Below, in pieces: positions 11,041-21,288 of a DNA stretch of 64,000 nt. A program made the position numbers and the translations under genes. The notes under the pieces are model-generated. The model was not told the DNA's origin and did not search any database. It saw only the letters and a list, made by a program, of their open reading frames with translations. Position 1 is the first letter of the stretch. Every line of letters starts with the position of its first letter. This stretch comes from Pirellulales bacterium (GTDB lineage Bacteria > Planctomycetota > Planctomycetia > Pirellulales > PNKZ01): NCBI GenBank assembly GCA_049840675.1, contig JASGKB010000022.1, forward strand, positions 78,320 to 142,319, read 5' to 3'.

Positions 11041-11068
11041 AAGAAGCGGGAAACAAGAAGCGGGAAAC
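11041..11068. repeat. perfect 14-bp tandem duplication (aagaagcgggaaac x2)
   Basis: Read directly from the sequence. It abuts repeat copy 2. Confidence 0.9.
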
Positions 11069-11185
11069 CAGGCGAAGTTCTCGGCCCATTCTTCCGCCAC
11101 GCCTCTTCGACTAGGATGGATGCGTTCGCGGGGATCGTCGTCGTTTGCATTCCCCGTTCCTCTCTCCACATTCCCCACTCGTTCG

Positions 11186-12388
11186 ATGCCCCAAGTTCGC
11201 CTGAAGCCTCGTAAAGCTCGACCTTTTTACGGCCGGCATCCGTGGGTGCTCGACACCGCGATCGCCGGCGTGACCGAATATCCGCGCGACGGCGACGTCG
11301 TCGACCTCGTGTCGGAGCACGGCGATTTCATCGCTCGCGGCGTGCTGAATTCGCGCAGTCGGATTCGCGTGCGGCTCTACAGTTGGCAAGCCGATCAACC
11401 GCTTGACGCTTCGTTTTGGCGCAGCCGTTTGGAAAGCGCCGTCGAATTGCGCCGCCGTATCGGTTACCTCGAACCTGCCGGCGGCTGCCGCTTGGTGAAC
11501 AGCGAGGCCGACGGGCTCGGCGGGCTGATCGTCGATCGCTACGGCGCGTATCTCGTCGTCCATGTGACGGCTCTGGCCATGCAGCATCGGCTCGACGAAC
11601 TGCTGCCGATTCTGCAAGACGTCGTACAGCCGCGCGGCATCGTCGTGCGGGCCGACGAAGCGATGGCGAAACGCGAAGGTTTGGCGCTCCCGGCGGATGC
11701 GGTCGGCAACGTTCTCCGCACGGTCGGCGACGTGCCGCAGGAAGCCGTGTTCTTGGAAGAGCACGGGCTGAAGTTCGGCGTCGAACTTTCGACCGGGCAG
11801 AAGACGGGCTTCTTTCTCGATCAGCGGGAAAACCGCAAGGCGGCCGCCGCCTACATGCGCGGGCTCAAAGTGCTCGACGTTTGTTGCTACACCGGCGGCT
11901 TTTCGCTCGCCGCGGCCAAGCTGGGCGGCGCACACGACGTGCTCGGCATCGATACGGCGAGCAAAGCCGTGACGCTGGCGCGGGCCAACGCCGAGTTGAA
12001 CGGTTTGACGAACGTCCGCTTCGAACAAGGGGACGCCTTCAAGTCGATCCAGGCATTCAACGCCGAAGAACGTAAGTTTGGCGCGGTCGTGCTCGATCCG
12101 CCGAAGTTCGCCGCCAATCGGCAGGCGCTTCCCGACGCCTTGCGCGCCTATGAACGTTTGAACGTCGGCGCGATCAACTTGCTGGAGCCCGGCGGCATTC
12201 TGGTGACGTGCAGTTGCACGGGCGGAGTTTCGCGAGAAGACTTTACGTATATCCTCGCCGAAGCGGCGGCCCGCACGAGACGTCCGTTGCAGATTCTCGA
12301 AGCGCGCGGGGCCGCGCCGGATCATCCGATTTCGGCGTCTTGCCTGGAGACGGAATATCTGAAGTGCTTCATTTGCCGCGTGGGATAA
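11186..12388 (+). CDS. rlmI: 23S rRNA m5C1962 methyltransferase RlmI-like (PUA + class I SAM MTase)
   Basis: From ATG 11186: MPQVRLKPRKARPFYGRHPWVLDTAI...DVVDLVSEHGDFIARGVLNSRSRIRVRLYSW (RlmI N-terminal pattern). Later: LDVCCYTGGFSL and VVLDPPKF. Confidence 0.8.
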   Translation: MPQVRLKPRKARPFYGRHPWVLDTAIAGVTEYPRDGDVVDLVSEHGDFIARGVLNSRSRIRVRLYSWQADQPLDASFWRSRLESAVELRRRIGYLEPAGGCRLVNSEADGLGGLIVDRYGAYLVVHVTALAMQHRLDELLPILQDVVQPRGIVVRADEAMAKREGLALPADAVGNVLRTVGDVPQEAVFLEEHGLKFGVELSTGQKTGFFLDQRENRKAAAAYMRGLKVLDVCCYTGGFSLAAAKLGGAHDVLGIDTASKAVTLARANAELNGLTNVRFEQGDAFKSIQAFNAEERKFGAVVLDPPKFAANRQALPDALRAYERLNVGAINLLEPGGILVTCSCTGGVSREDFTYILAEAAARTRRPLQILEARGAAPDHPISASCLETEYLKCFICRVG

Positions 12389-12414
12389 GGTAACGCGACC
12401 GGCGCACCGCAAGT

Positions 12415-13167
12415 ATGAGTTCCAACGATCGCCAAGTCGTCTGGGTTACGGGAAGCGGAGCGCCGCGCGTGGGTGCGGTGGTGGCGCGAGCGTTCGCCGA
12501 GCGCGGGGCCGCGGTCGTCGTCCATGCGAACCGTTCGTTGGCCGAGGCCGAACAGACGGCGGCCTCGTTGCGCAAGCTCGGCGCCACGGTGATGCTCGTC
12601 GTCGGCGACTTGAGCGATGAAGCTTCTGTCGCGCGCATCGTCGACGAGATCGTGAAGGCGCACGGTCGCATTGACGTGCTTGTGAACGCCGCCGCGATTT
12701 GGAAACCGAAGCCGCTCGAAGAAGTGCGGGCCGGCGACGTGCGCGAGCATTTCGAAATCAACGCGCTCGGCACGTTTCTCACTTGCCAAGCCGTCGGGTT
12801 GCAGATGGTGCGGCAGGCGTCGGGCGGGGCGATCGTGAATATCGGCGATTGGGCGGTCGAGCGGCCCTATCCGAATTATTCGGCATATTTCCCCTCGAAA
12901 GGCGCCATCCCCACGCTCACGAGAATGTTCGCCGTCGAGCTGGCCGCCCGCAACCCGAACGTGCGGGTGAACGCAGTTTTGCCGGGGCCGGTCATGCTGC
13001 CTCCGGATTTGCCCGAAGCCGAGCGGCGACAAGCCGTTAACGGCACTTTGGTACGTCGCGAAGGGACGCCGGAAAACGTGGCTGCGGCGGTCCTGGCCTT
13101 GGTGGATAATACGTTCATAACCGGCGTTTGCGTACCCGTCGACGGCGGTCGCACCATCGCCGGCTGA
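12415..13167 (+). CDS. SDR-family oxidoreductase
   Basis: VWVTGSGAPRVG glycine-rich NAD(P) motif, NAAA, and YxxxK (YFPSK). Confidence 0.8.
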   Translation: MSSNDRQVVWVTGSGAPRVGAVVARAFAERGAAVVVHANRSLAEAEQTAASLRKLGATVMLVVGDLSDEASVARIVDEIVKAHGRIDVLVNAAAIWKPKPLEEVRAGDVREHFEINALGTFLTCQAVGLQMVRQASGGAIVNIGDWAVERPYPNYSAYFPSKGAIPTLTRMFAVELAARNPNVRVNAVLPGPVMLPPDLPEAERRQAVNGTLVRREGTPENVAAAVLALVDNTFITGVCVPVDGGRTIAG

Positions 13168-13277
13168 CATGGTTTTTATGCCCGGCCGTTTGTCGCCCTA
13201 ACATGCCGGCGATAGGCTTTTACCTTGCGATGCGCCGGCCGTTTGCCGTGCTGCGTCGTCTTCTAGGAGCAGGCGGA

Positions 13278-14497
13278 ATGCAACGTTTTCTGTTGAGTTT
13301 TGCGTTGGCTGCGTGCGCGCCGGCGTTCGTCGGTGCAGCGGCCTTTGCACAAGATGCCGCGGTGCAAAAGCCCGCTGCCGACGCAAAGCCGGATGCCGCG
13401 GCGAAGGCCGAACCGATTCGAGTGCCCGACGGTTCGCCGGCCGAGTTGCTGGAGTTCGTCGACAAAATCCAGAAAGAAGCCCCCGCTTCGCGCGAGCGAG
13501 CCGAGGTCATGGAGCACCTGCGCAAGGTTTGCACGGCCGTCGTCGCGGCGGTCGATAAGATCGGCGAGCGCGGCAGCGAAGACGAGCAACGCCGCGCCAT
13601 CACCGAGAAGCTCGAAGCGTTGCAGCTCTTGCGCCGTCTGCAAGTCGAAGGCTCCGACAAGCAGATGCGCGAATATCTCACGAAGCTTTCCGAAGACAAG
13701 CGAGCGTTCGTTCCGCCGCTGGCGAAGGTGTACTACTTGGCGACGCGGCTCGGCGAGGTCGATCGGGGCGATCATGCCGCGCTGGAGAAGCTGGCCGACG
13801 AAGTGCGCGAGCACGTGAAGACCGCGAAGCTCGACGCGCCAATCTCGGCATCGCTTATCAAACGGCGTCGCTTCTCGAACGCTCCGGGATGACGAAGCAG
13901 GCTCTCGAAGCGTACGTCGACTTCGCCGCGGCGTTCGCCGCCAGCAGCGACCCGCAGGTTCGCGACAACGCCGCCGCGCTGGAAGGGGCGGCCCGCTACT
14001 TGAGCTTGCCGGGCAACGCGATGGACGTGAAGGGGAAGACCGTCGACGGGAAGGACTTCGACGTCAAGTCGTGGGAAGGGAAGGTCGTGCTCGTCGATTT
14101 TTGGGCGACGTGGTGCGGCCCGTGCATCGCCGAACTGCCGACTTTGCGCGAATGCTATGAGAAGTATCACGACCGCGGTTTTGAAGTCGTCGGCATCAGC
14201 CTGGACAGCGACCGCAAGCGGCTCGACGATTTTCTGACGCGCGAAGAATTGCCTTGGACGACGCTGTTCAGCGCCGATGAAAGCGCGACCGGCTGGAAAC
14301 ATCCGCTGGCCGCGAAGTACGGCGTGATGAGCATTCCCCGCGGCGTGCTGATTGATCGGAAGGGGAAAGTGGTCTCGCTCGACGCCCACGGCGAGGCGCT
14401 GTGGGATCTGCTGACCGCGCAAATCGGTCCGGCGGAAGTGAAGAAAGAGGCCGACAAGGAAGACGCCAAGAAGGATGCGAAGCCGGGCGCCGAGTAA
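13278..14497 (+). CDS. TlpA-like thiol:disulfide oxidoreductase with signal peptide and helical N-domain; frameshifted
   Basis: ATG 13278 (MQRFLLSFALAACAPAFVGAAAFA, RBS aggag). After ~13838-13841 the sensible reading moves to the frame of ORF 13889..14497 (...KLDAPNLGIAYQTASLLERSGMTKQALEAYVDF...). That frame ends in the thioredoxin fold GKVVLVDFWATWCGPC. Confidence 0.65.
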
Positions 14498-14604
14498 CGG
14501 CTCCCGAGCGTGCGCAACCGAACGATTGACGAACTGCGATGTCTCGAAAGCGGACCGCCGAAGGACGAGACGATCCGATGAAACTCACCTTGTACCCGGC
14601 ACCT

Positions 14605-15536
14605 ATGGCGAAGCGCAGTAGTAAGTGGATCGACGGACTCAGGCCCGACATGCCCGTGTCGCAGGCCGCGCGGAAAACTCTCGCCGCCGGTTGCGACCGG
14701 TCGTGCGCTGGCTCGACGATGCGGCCGAGCGTGCCGAAGAATCGCCCGAGTTCGTGCATCAATTGCGCGTGTCCACGCGCCGCGCCATGGCCGCGCTGGA
14801 GGGCTACGCGGAGCTGCTGCCTCAGGCCAAGGCCGCGAAGATGACGAAGCAGCTCGGCCGCATCCGAAAGCGGGCCGGCGCAGCCCGCGATTGCGACGTG
14901 TTCCTCGAACGACTCGGCAAGGGAGACGATGCCGAGCGGCGGCGTCCGCTCCTCAAGCACGTCGAACAGTTGCGGACCGAGGCGCAAGAGCCGGTCGTCA
15001 AACTGCACGCTAAGCTCAAGCGAAAGAAGTTCGCCAAGAAGATTGAAAAGCTCATCGACTCCGTTCGCGCTCCGAAGCACGAGCAGGAAACCACGCTGGT
15101 GCAATGGGCTCGCCACGGGCTGGCCCGCAACGTGGCGAAGTTTTTCGAGGCCGGCGCCGCCGACTTGGGCGACAACGACCTGCTGCATCAGTTTCGCATC
15201 GAAGGCAAGCACCTCCGCTACGCGCTGGAGTATTTCTCCGCGGCCTTCGGGCCTGAGCTGCGCAACGAGCTCTATGCGGAAATTGAGCGGGTACAGGCGC
15301 TCTTGGGCATCGTGAACGATCACGCTTCGGCGATCGAACATCTGACTCTATGGCGGGCTCAGCTCGACGAGCCGGAAGTGCAGTCGCTCATCGACGAGCA
15401 AACGGCCGTCGAACAAACGGCGCTATGCGAAGCGAAGCAAGAGTTCTATCGCTGGTGGACTCCGCAACGCTCGGCCGATCTGCGGAACCGATTCGCCGTG
15501 ATTCTAGAGCTGCCGGACGAAGAACACGCGGCTTAA
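14605..15536 (+). CDS. CHAD domain-containing protein; frameshifted near N-terminus
   Basis: MAKRSSKWIDGLRPDMPVSQAARKTLAA (ATG 14605, frame of ORF 14539..14844) joins RLRPVVRWLDDAAE...VHQLRVSTRR...FRIEGKHLRYALEYF (ORF 14625..15536). The junction is in gccgccgg at 14683-14690. Confidence 0.75.
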
Positions 15537-15548
15537 CGTCAGTCGCAG

Positions 15549-15736
15549 TTAGAGCAACTTGCAATGATCTCGCGCTCCGTGCAAAACGCGAACAATCATC
15601 ACGCCTCGGGATTCCGGGCGATACTAGACGACGTAGTTGCTGTGCGAGAAGCGTAGTTCACCATGTCGGCGGCGATGAACAGCGCGATCTCGTCGAGGTC
15701 CAGAGTCGCTTCCGGCGACGTCTGCGCGTACCTCAT
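15549..15736 (-). pseudogene. ParE/RelE-family toxin remnant (internal deletion, frameshift, in-frame stop)
   Basis: The ATG overlaps the antitoxin stop (ATGA). The N-terminus is MRYAQTSPEATLDLDEIALFIAAD. Another frame reads ...GELRFSHSNYVV*YRPESRGVMIVRVLHGARDHCKLL*. The total span of 188 nt is too short for a ~95-aa ParE. Confidence 0.6.
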
Positions 15737-16002
15737 TGTCCGTTTGCCGCACGCTTTGCCAAACGTTCTTCAAGCCTGCGAACGGCATCCTCCGCCCGCC
15801 ACTCGGAATGTCGGCCGGCGACGATGCTCTCTAGGCCTTCATCTACGGCAGCAGCATGGATCTCAGGAACCTCCGGCACGTCCTGCTGCCGGCGGAGGGC
15901 TTCCACGGCCTTCTCTAAGAGAACGTGGCGCGAAGGGAAGTCGCCGTGCGCTAATGCGTCGGCGATGAAGGCTTCCACGTGCGGTGAGAATTGCTCGGCC
16001 AT
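15733..16002 (-). CDS. ParD-type (CC2985-like) antitoxin
   Basis: MAEQFSPHVEAFIADALAHGDFPSRHVLLEKAVEALRRQQ matches the ParD/COG3609 pattern (...FI....G.Y.S.SEV...A...L). 89 aa, directly upstream of the ParE remnant. Confidence 0.6.
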   Translation of the reverse strand: MAEQFSPHVEAFIADALAHGDFPSRHVLLEKAVEALRRQQDVPEVPEIHAAAVDEGLESIVAGRHSEWRAEDAVRRLEERLAKRAANGQ

Positions 16003-16057
16003 GATTTCAGCATAGCGAGCCGGTGCGAGCCTGACAAACTTTCGTCGGCCGCTCGCG

Positions 16058-16486
16058 CTAAGCCGCTTGCTTCAGTTCCACGGCGCGAAGGAACTTGCCG
16101 CCGCTTTCGTACCAGCCGAGCTGCGTGAACCGGCACCAGTCGAGGTCGAGCAGGAAGCCGTGCTTGTGGCGGTCGACGCTTTCCAGCACCGCGATGACCA
16201 GTCGATAGGGCAACGGCTGCGGGTGGAAGAAGCTCAGGCCGTTTTCCGAGAGGTGCTTGCCGCTGACGACGATCTTCGGGCCGGTCGTTGCGGTGCCGGC
16301 CGAGTTCGTCGGCATGAGTTGAATGAGCTTCGGGTACGGATACCGTTGCTCGTGCCGTCGCTCGTACGGACCTTCGGGATAGAGGCCGCCCAGCAGATCG
16401 CGAACTTGCCGACGCAGTTGATCGTCGGGCGAGAGTTCCGCTTCAAGAAGTTCCAAGCCGAAGTGTTCGAGCAAGGGAGTACTCAT
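16058..16486 (-). CDS. PilZ domain-containing protein
   Basis: RRHEQR (RxxxR) followed ~30 aa later by HLSENGLSF (D/NxSxxG-like). 142 aa. Confidence 0.6.
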   Translation of the reverse strand: MSTPLLEHFGLELLEAELSPDDQLRRQVRDLLGGLYPEGPYERRHEQRYPYPKLIQLMPTNSAGTATTGPKIVVSGKHLSENGLSFFHPQPLPYRLVIAVLESVDRHKHGFLLDLDWCRFTQLGWYESGGKFLRAVELKQAA

Positions 16487-16671
16487 GGAAGGTCGGTGGT
16501 GATCGACACCGGAAAGAGGTTCGATGGCGGCGGGACTTCACAAGCACATCCGCCGACGAGCGACCTTCCTTGAGCCCTCGTCGAAAGACGTATTGGATTT
16601 CTACGTCGCGTTTTTCAGAGGGTCAAATAACTTCGTCGTAGGAAACGCTAAGCCCCTTAAGGCGGGGCTCG

Positions 16672-16700
16672 TTGACGAGTGCCGCGGCTCAAGACATACT
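16672..16700 (+). promoter_or_regulatory. candidate promoter upstream of DUF1080 gene
   Basis: TTGACG (16672-16677), 17 nt, CATACT (16695-16700), located ~80 nt before ATG 16778. Confidence 0.25.
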
Positions 16701-16777
16701 CGCCGCGTCCGTGATTTGACGGTTTTTCGCTTTCATCGGGCCTGCCTGCCCGCTCCGCTGCTTAAGGAATCGCAATC

Positions 16778-17604
16778 ATGATGTTTACGTTTGGCAACAT
16801 CCGTCGCCGTAAGACAACTTCGGCGATCGCACTTTGGATCGCCGTGTGGGTGTTGGTCGGCGGTTCGCAACCGGCCGTCGCCGAAGAAGGTTGGATCACG
16901 TTGTTCGACGGCACCTCGCTGGCCGGGTGGCATAAGAACCCGCAGAAGATCGGGCACGGCACCGGTGGCGAATGGGTCGTGGAAGACGGCGCGATCACCG
17001 GGCAGCAAGACCCGCCTGGCTCGGGCAACGGCGGCATTCTGCTGACCGATCGGAAGTTCAAGAACTTCGAACTCGAACTCGACATCAAGCCCGACTGGGG
17101 CATCTGCAGCGGCTTGTTTCTCCGTGCGAACGATCAAGGAAAGTGCCTGCAGATGATGGTCGACTATCACGACGCGGGGAACGTCGGCCACGTCTACGGA
17201 GAAGGAACCGGCGGCTTCAACACGCCCCGTTCAACATCTTCGGCACTTACGAAGGAGACGGCAAAAAAGACTTGAAGGCGATCACGACCAAGCCGGTCGA
17301 GAAGTTGCCCGAGCTCGATTACTCCTGCACGGCGGAAGAATGGGTGAAGGCGTGGAAGGTCGGCGATTGGAATCGCGTGAAGGTTCGGGTCGAAGGAAGC
17401 CCGGCGAAGATGACGACCTGGATCAACCGCCAGAAGATCATCGAATGGGACGGCAACAAGTACGCCGATCCGAAGTACGATCCGAAGAAGGTCGTTGAAA
17501 CGCTCGGCGACGAAGGGAGCATCGCCGTGCAAGTTCACGGCGGCAAGAGTTGGCCGGTCGGCGCGAAGTGCCGCTGGAAGAACATTCGGATCAAGCCGCT
17601 GTAG
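16778..17604 (+). CDS. DUF1080 (3-keto-disaccharide hydrolase-like) domain protein, secreted; frameshifted
   Basis: Signal peptide followed by EEGWITLFDGTSLAGWH...GILLTDRKFKNFELELD. The frame of ORF 16972..17604 takes over at ~17221-17228 (...GGFNT/APFNIFGTYEG...) and ends with the typical AVQVHGG...RWKNIRIKPL. Confidence 0.8.
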
Positions 17605-17612
17605 TTCCGGCG

Positions 17613-18425
17613 ATGCGACGCTGCAAAAACCTGATGACGTGCGCGCTCGTCGCGATATTGGTCGCGGCGGGTGCGTCGCTTGCCGGCGAACCGAAGGTCG
17701 TCACGAACTCCGTCGGGATGGAGTTCGTCGTCGTGTCGTCCGGTGAATTCCAGCGCGGATCGAGCGACGACGATCCTGCCGCCGATGCCGACGAGAGGCC
17801 GCGCCGACTCGTGCGAATCACGCGGCCGTTCGCGCTTGGGCGGCATGAAGTCTCGCAGGAAGTCTATGAGCGCGTGACGGGGGAGAACCCGAGTTGGTTC
17901 GCGCCCGGCGGCGGCGGGCGCGAGTTGGTGTCTGCGGAACTCGCACGGTCGTTGCCGGTTGAGATGGTTTCCTGGGCGGATGCCGTTGAGTTTTGCCGCC
18001 GGCTTTCGGAGCTGCCTGAGGAGCGCACGGCGGGGCGAGTTTATCGGTTGCCGACCGAAGCGGAGTGGGAGTATGCGGCGACGGCCGGCGGTGCGGAGGC
18101 CTCGCCGCGGTCGGAAGCCGAAGCCGTCGACGACGCGCGACCACCACGAACTCACACCGTCGGCACGTCGCCGCCGAACGCTTGGGGCCTCTTCGACATG
18201 CGCGGCAACGTTTGGGAATGGTGCGCCGATTGGTACGACGCCGACTATTACGCCGTCGCCCCTATGGAAGATCCGCAAGGGCCCGCAGACGGCAACGGCC
18301 GCGTGGTTCGCGGCGGCGATTATCAGTCGCCCTCGCCGATGACTCGCCCGCAAAACCGCGACTTCACGCGACCCAGCCGGCGCGATTGGGGCAACGGCCT
18401 ACGCGTGGTGCTGGAGCTTCGCTAA
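17613..18425 (+). CDS. formylglycine-generating enzyme (SUMF1/FGE-sulfatase) family protein
   Basis: From ATG 17613 there is a signal-like N-terminus, then RLPTEAEWEYAA, NAWGLFDMRGNVWEWCADWY, VVRGGDY. Confidence 0.85.
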   Translation: MRRCKNLMTCALVAILVAAGASLAGEPKVVTNSVGMEFVVVSSGEFQRGSSDDDPAADADERPRRLVRITRPFALGRHEVSQEVYERVTGENPSWFAPGGGGRELVSAELARSLPVEMVSWADAVEFCRRLSELPEERTAGRVYRLPTEAEWEYAATAGGAEASPRSEAEAVDDARPPRTHTVGTSPPNAWGLFDMRGNVWEWCADWYDADYYAVAPMEDPQGPADGNGRVVRGGDYQSPSPMTRPQNRDFTRPSRRDWGNGLRVVLELR

Positions 18426-18443
18426 CCGCGGGCGGCCTCGCGG

Positions 18444-20023
18444 CTACTTCTTCTCGCCGATCGTGAAGTCGATCGTCGCCGTGCCGATTTTTTGGCTGAG
18501 CGTGTCGACGATCGTCAGTTGCAACGTGTAGTTGCCTTCATAAATGCGCTCGGGCACGGAAAGGAAGTACCGCAGGAAGTAATCGCGGCGTTCGTTGCGA
18601 CAATATTCTTCCGTGAGCGCCAGATCGTTCTCGGCCACGCGACGGCCTTGGGCGTCGAGAATCTGGTAGCTGCTGCGCAGTGCCGTGTGATATCCCTTGG
18701 TGGATTCTTCACTTTTGAAGTTTTGCACTTCCGCGTAGAGAATCAGCGGCTGCGTCGCTTTGAATTTGTAGTCTTCAAACTTCTTGTACACGCCGTAGCT
18801 CGATACCTCTTCGCAGAAGGCCAAGCTGCGCACGACGAGAGTGCCCGTTTCACCGAGTCGTGAATCGGCCTTGGCCAAGTGTTGCCTTGCTTCCGCCGCC
18901 CGCTTGGCGGCGTCGGTTTGCCGTTCGGTGTCCAAACACGCGGCCAAAGCGTAAAGCTGCTCGCGCCAGTAGTCTTGCTCGGCGGCGCTGATGCCGGGGA
19001 TCGGCTTGAGCGCGTCTTCGCGACGGCCCGCCGTGAGATAAAGCATCCGCAGCCAAGCATGCCGCGAAACTTCGGCGGCGCTGGCCGGAGGTTCTTGGGT
19101 CTCTTGCTCCAAGGCCGCGATGGTCACGTCGAGGTTCTTGCGCCAATCGCCGGTCGGAGCCGACGGGAGACTTTTGGCGACGGCGGGCTTCTTCACCGCG
19201 TCGTCTTGGGCGATGGGGGGCGCAGTCGTCGAAGCGACGGCTTCCGCCGGCGGCACGGATTGTCGTTGCTCGGCTTCGCGACGTTGGGCTTCCGCGAGCG
19301 CTGCAGTGAGAATGGCTTGCGTCGGCAGTTGCGAACCGCCGCCGCGACCGACAAGTTGCGGCGCTCCGCTTTGAGCGCCGGTGAGTTGAGCGGCAATCGC
19401 ATCGAGCGGCAGCTCTTGCGACGTGGCGGCTTGCGTGAACCCGGCCTGTACGACGGAGGAGGGGGCTGCGGGCTGCGGGCTGTTCGCTGCGGCCGGTGTC
19501 GCCGCGGTCGGCGCGGTTGCGGCGGTCAGGGCGTTCGTCGCTGGCGCGGGTTGTCGCGGGCCGGCCGCGCTGCGGGTGCGATAGGCCGCACCGGCGCGGA
19601 ATGTTTGCAAGAGCAGGGGATGCAGGGTCGGATCGGTCTGTCGCAGGTCGGCGATCAGTCGCTCTTTGGTCGCCGCGTCAACGTCGGTCATCGCCGCCAC
19701 TTCGGCAAGCGCTCCGTCGAGCGAACCGGCAGGCCCGGCCGCCTTGGCGTAAGGCGAAACCGGCACGGCGGCGGCTTGCGGGGCTTGGCCAGTTTGCGAA
19801 TTCGCACCGCCGTCGCCGGCCCAGGCCTGCGCGCCGTTGCGAGCATACGGACTCAGCGGGGCTTGCGCCGTCGGAGCCGGTTCGCCGGCGCCGACCGTTT
19901 GCAGGTCGGGGGCCGTGAGATCATCCGGCACGTCGTGCGAGATGCAGCCGGCCGCCGGCGCAGCAGAGCGCCGTCAAGCAGCACCAAATCGGCAGTCGAC
20001 GGTAGCGCGGTCGTTCGTCCATG
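18444..20023 (-). CDS. hypothetical lipoprotein with Ala/Pro-rich linker and C-terminal beta-rich domain; frameshifted in signal peptide
   Basis: ATG 20023 gives MDERPRYRRLPIWCCLTALCCA.... One base later the main frame reads ...AAPAAGC|ISHDVPDD (lipobox-like AAGC). The junction is ~19948-19965, and the remainder is ORF 18444..19931. Confidence 0.5.
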
Positions 20024-20147
20024 AACCGAGCGTGCGGAGTCGCGGAAACGGAGAATCTCGCAACCAATGCGAGGGGCGGAGAGTACGACAATCGGCCGGC
20101 TGCGACAAGACGGACGAAGCCGCTTGAGCAACTAAACGCCCCAACGC

Positions 20148-21239
20148 TCAGCCTTTTCGCGGATCGCCCGCGGTCGAAAGCTTGGCGATGAATTGCTCGA
20201 GCACCAGTCGGGCTCGTGCCGGCTGCGAGGCTTTGCCTTTGAGCGCCAGATCGGTCTCCAGCAACATGTCGTAAAGCCGGCCGCTGCGGCGTCGGCCGAG
20301 CTGCTTCCACTGGCTTTCCGCTTTGCCGACCACGAACGATTTGAAGCCGGCAAGCTCCAAGATCTGCTTCGCGGCGAGCCGCTGCTTGCGGGCCTCACTA
20401 TCTTCTAGAATGCGCGTGGCGGCGGCGAAGCGGCGGAACGTGGCCGACATTTGTGCCAGCAGTGCAATCGGATGTTCGCCCGCCACAATCAACCGATCGA
20501 GCTGCTTGAGCGCCGCCGGAGCGTTGCCGAAAGCGATGTCGTCGATCATGTCCCACGCCGTGCGGGTACGCCAGGACCCGACATATTGATCTACGAGTTC
20601 GACCGTGATCGGCTCGCCGCGGGCCGCCGCCGCGAGTTTCGCCAGTTCCTGGTCGAGCAAACCGAGCTCCGCGCCGACGAGGTCGACCAGCGATTCGGCC
20701 GCGTCGGTTTGCAGCTTGGCGTCGTGCTGCTGCGTGGCCCAAGCGACGAGCCATTTCAACAGGCCGGCCCCTGTGGGAGCCCGGCATTCGATGTTCAGGC
20801 CCGACGTTCCGACGGCCTTGTAGAGCCGGGTGTTCGAAGGCCAAGTGTCGACGTCGAGAATGAGGACGCCGGCCTGCGACGGCTTGGCGACGTAGTCTTC
20901 GAGCAGTTCGCGATTCGATTTCTTTTTCGGACCAGGAGCGGGGCGCGAGACGAAATCGTCGGCCTCGTCGATAATGACGACGCGCCGCCCGCCGCCGAAG
21001 AGCGAGAGCGTAGAAAGCTCGTCGAACACGTCGCGGGCTTCCGCCGTCGGGCCGGCAAGTTCCGTGGCGGAGAATTCGGGATCGTCGCCGGCGATCCGCT
21101 TCTTCAGCTCTTGCAACACCAGCCGCTTGAGAAAGCCTTCGTCGCCGAACACGGCGCAGACGCCGGGCACTTCTGCCTTCGCCGATGAAGCGAGGAAGTC
21201 GACGGCGTTGACGGTATCGGAAGCGGCTTTGGCGGACAT
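20148..21239 (-). CDS. holA: DNA polymerase III subunit delta
   Basis: Length, and pattern VCAVFGDEGFL...DVFDELSTLSLFGGGRRVVIIDEADDF...LEDYVAKPSQAGVLIL, are typical of HolA. Confidence 0.8.
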   Translation of the reverse strand: MSAKAASDTVNAVDFLASSAKAEVPGVCAVFGDEGFLKRLVLQELKKRIAGDDPEFSATELAGPTAEARDVFDELSTLSLFGGGRRVVIIDEADDFVSRPAPGPKKKSNRELLEDYVAKPSQAGVLILDVDTWPSNTRLYKAVGTSGLNIECRAPTGAGLLKWLVAWATQQHDAKLQTDAAESLVDLVGAELGLLDQELAKLAAAARGEPITVELVDQYVGSWRTRTAWDMIDDIAFGNAPAALKQLDRLIVAGEHPIALLAQMSATFRRFAAATRILEDSEARKQRLAAKQILELAGFKSFVVGKAESQWKQLGRRRSGRLYDMLLETDLALKGKASQPARARLVLEQFIAKLSTAGDPRKG

Positions 21240-21288
21240 GGCTCTATGTTATAACGATTGGGCTATCGTCTCCCAAGCAGCCCGAATC

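Noticed and set aside
11111-12412. 433-aa minus-strand ORF
   Set aside because: It is antisense to the clearly recognisable RlmI-like methyltransferase.
13889-14497. Treating the thioredoxin-fold ORF as an independent gene coupled by an ATGA overlap to 13278..13892
   Set aside because: It would be a periplasmic-type TlpA lacking any signal peptide. The alternative frame upstream of its ATG reads as a continuous helical domain (NLGIAYQTASLLERSGMTKQALEAYVDF). The same single-indel pattern is seen in ~20 other genes. The two-gene model remains possible.
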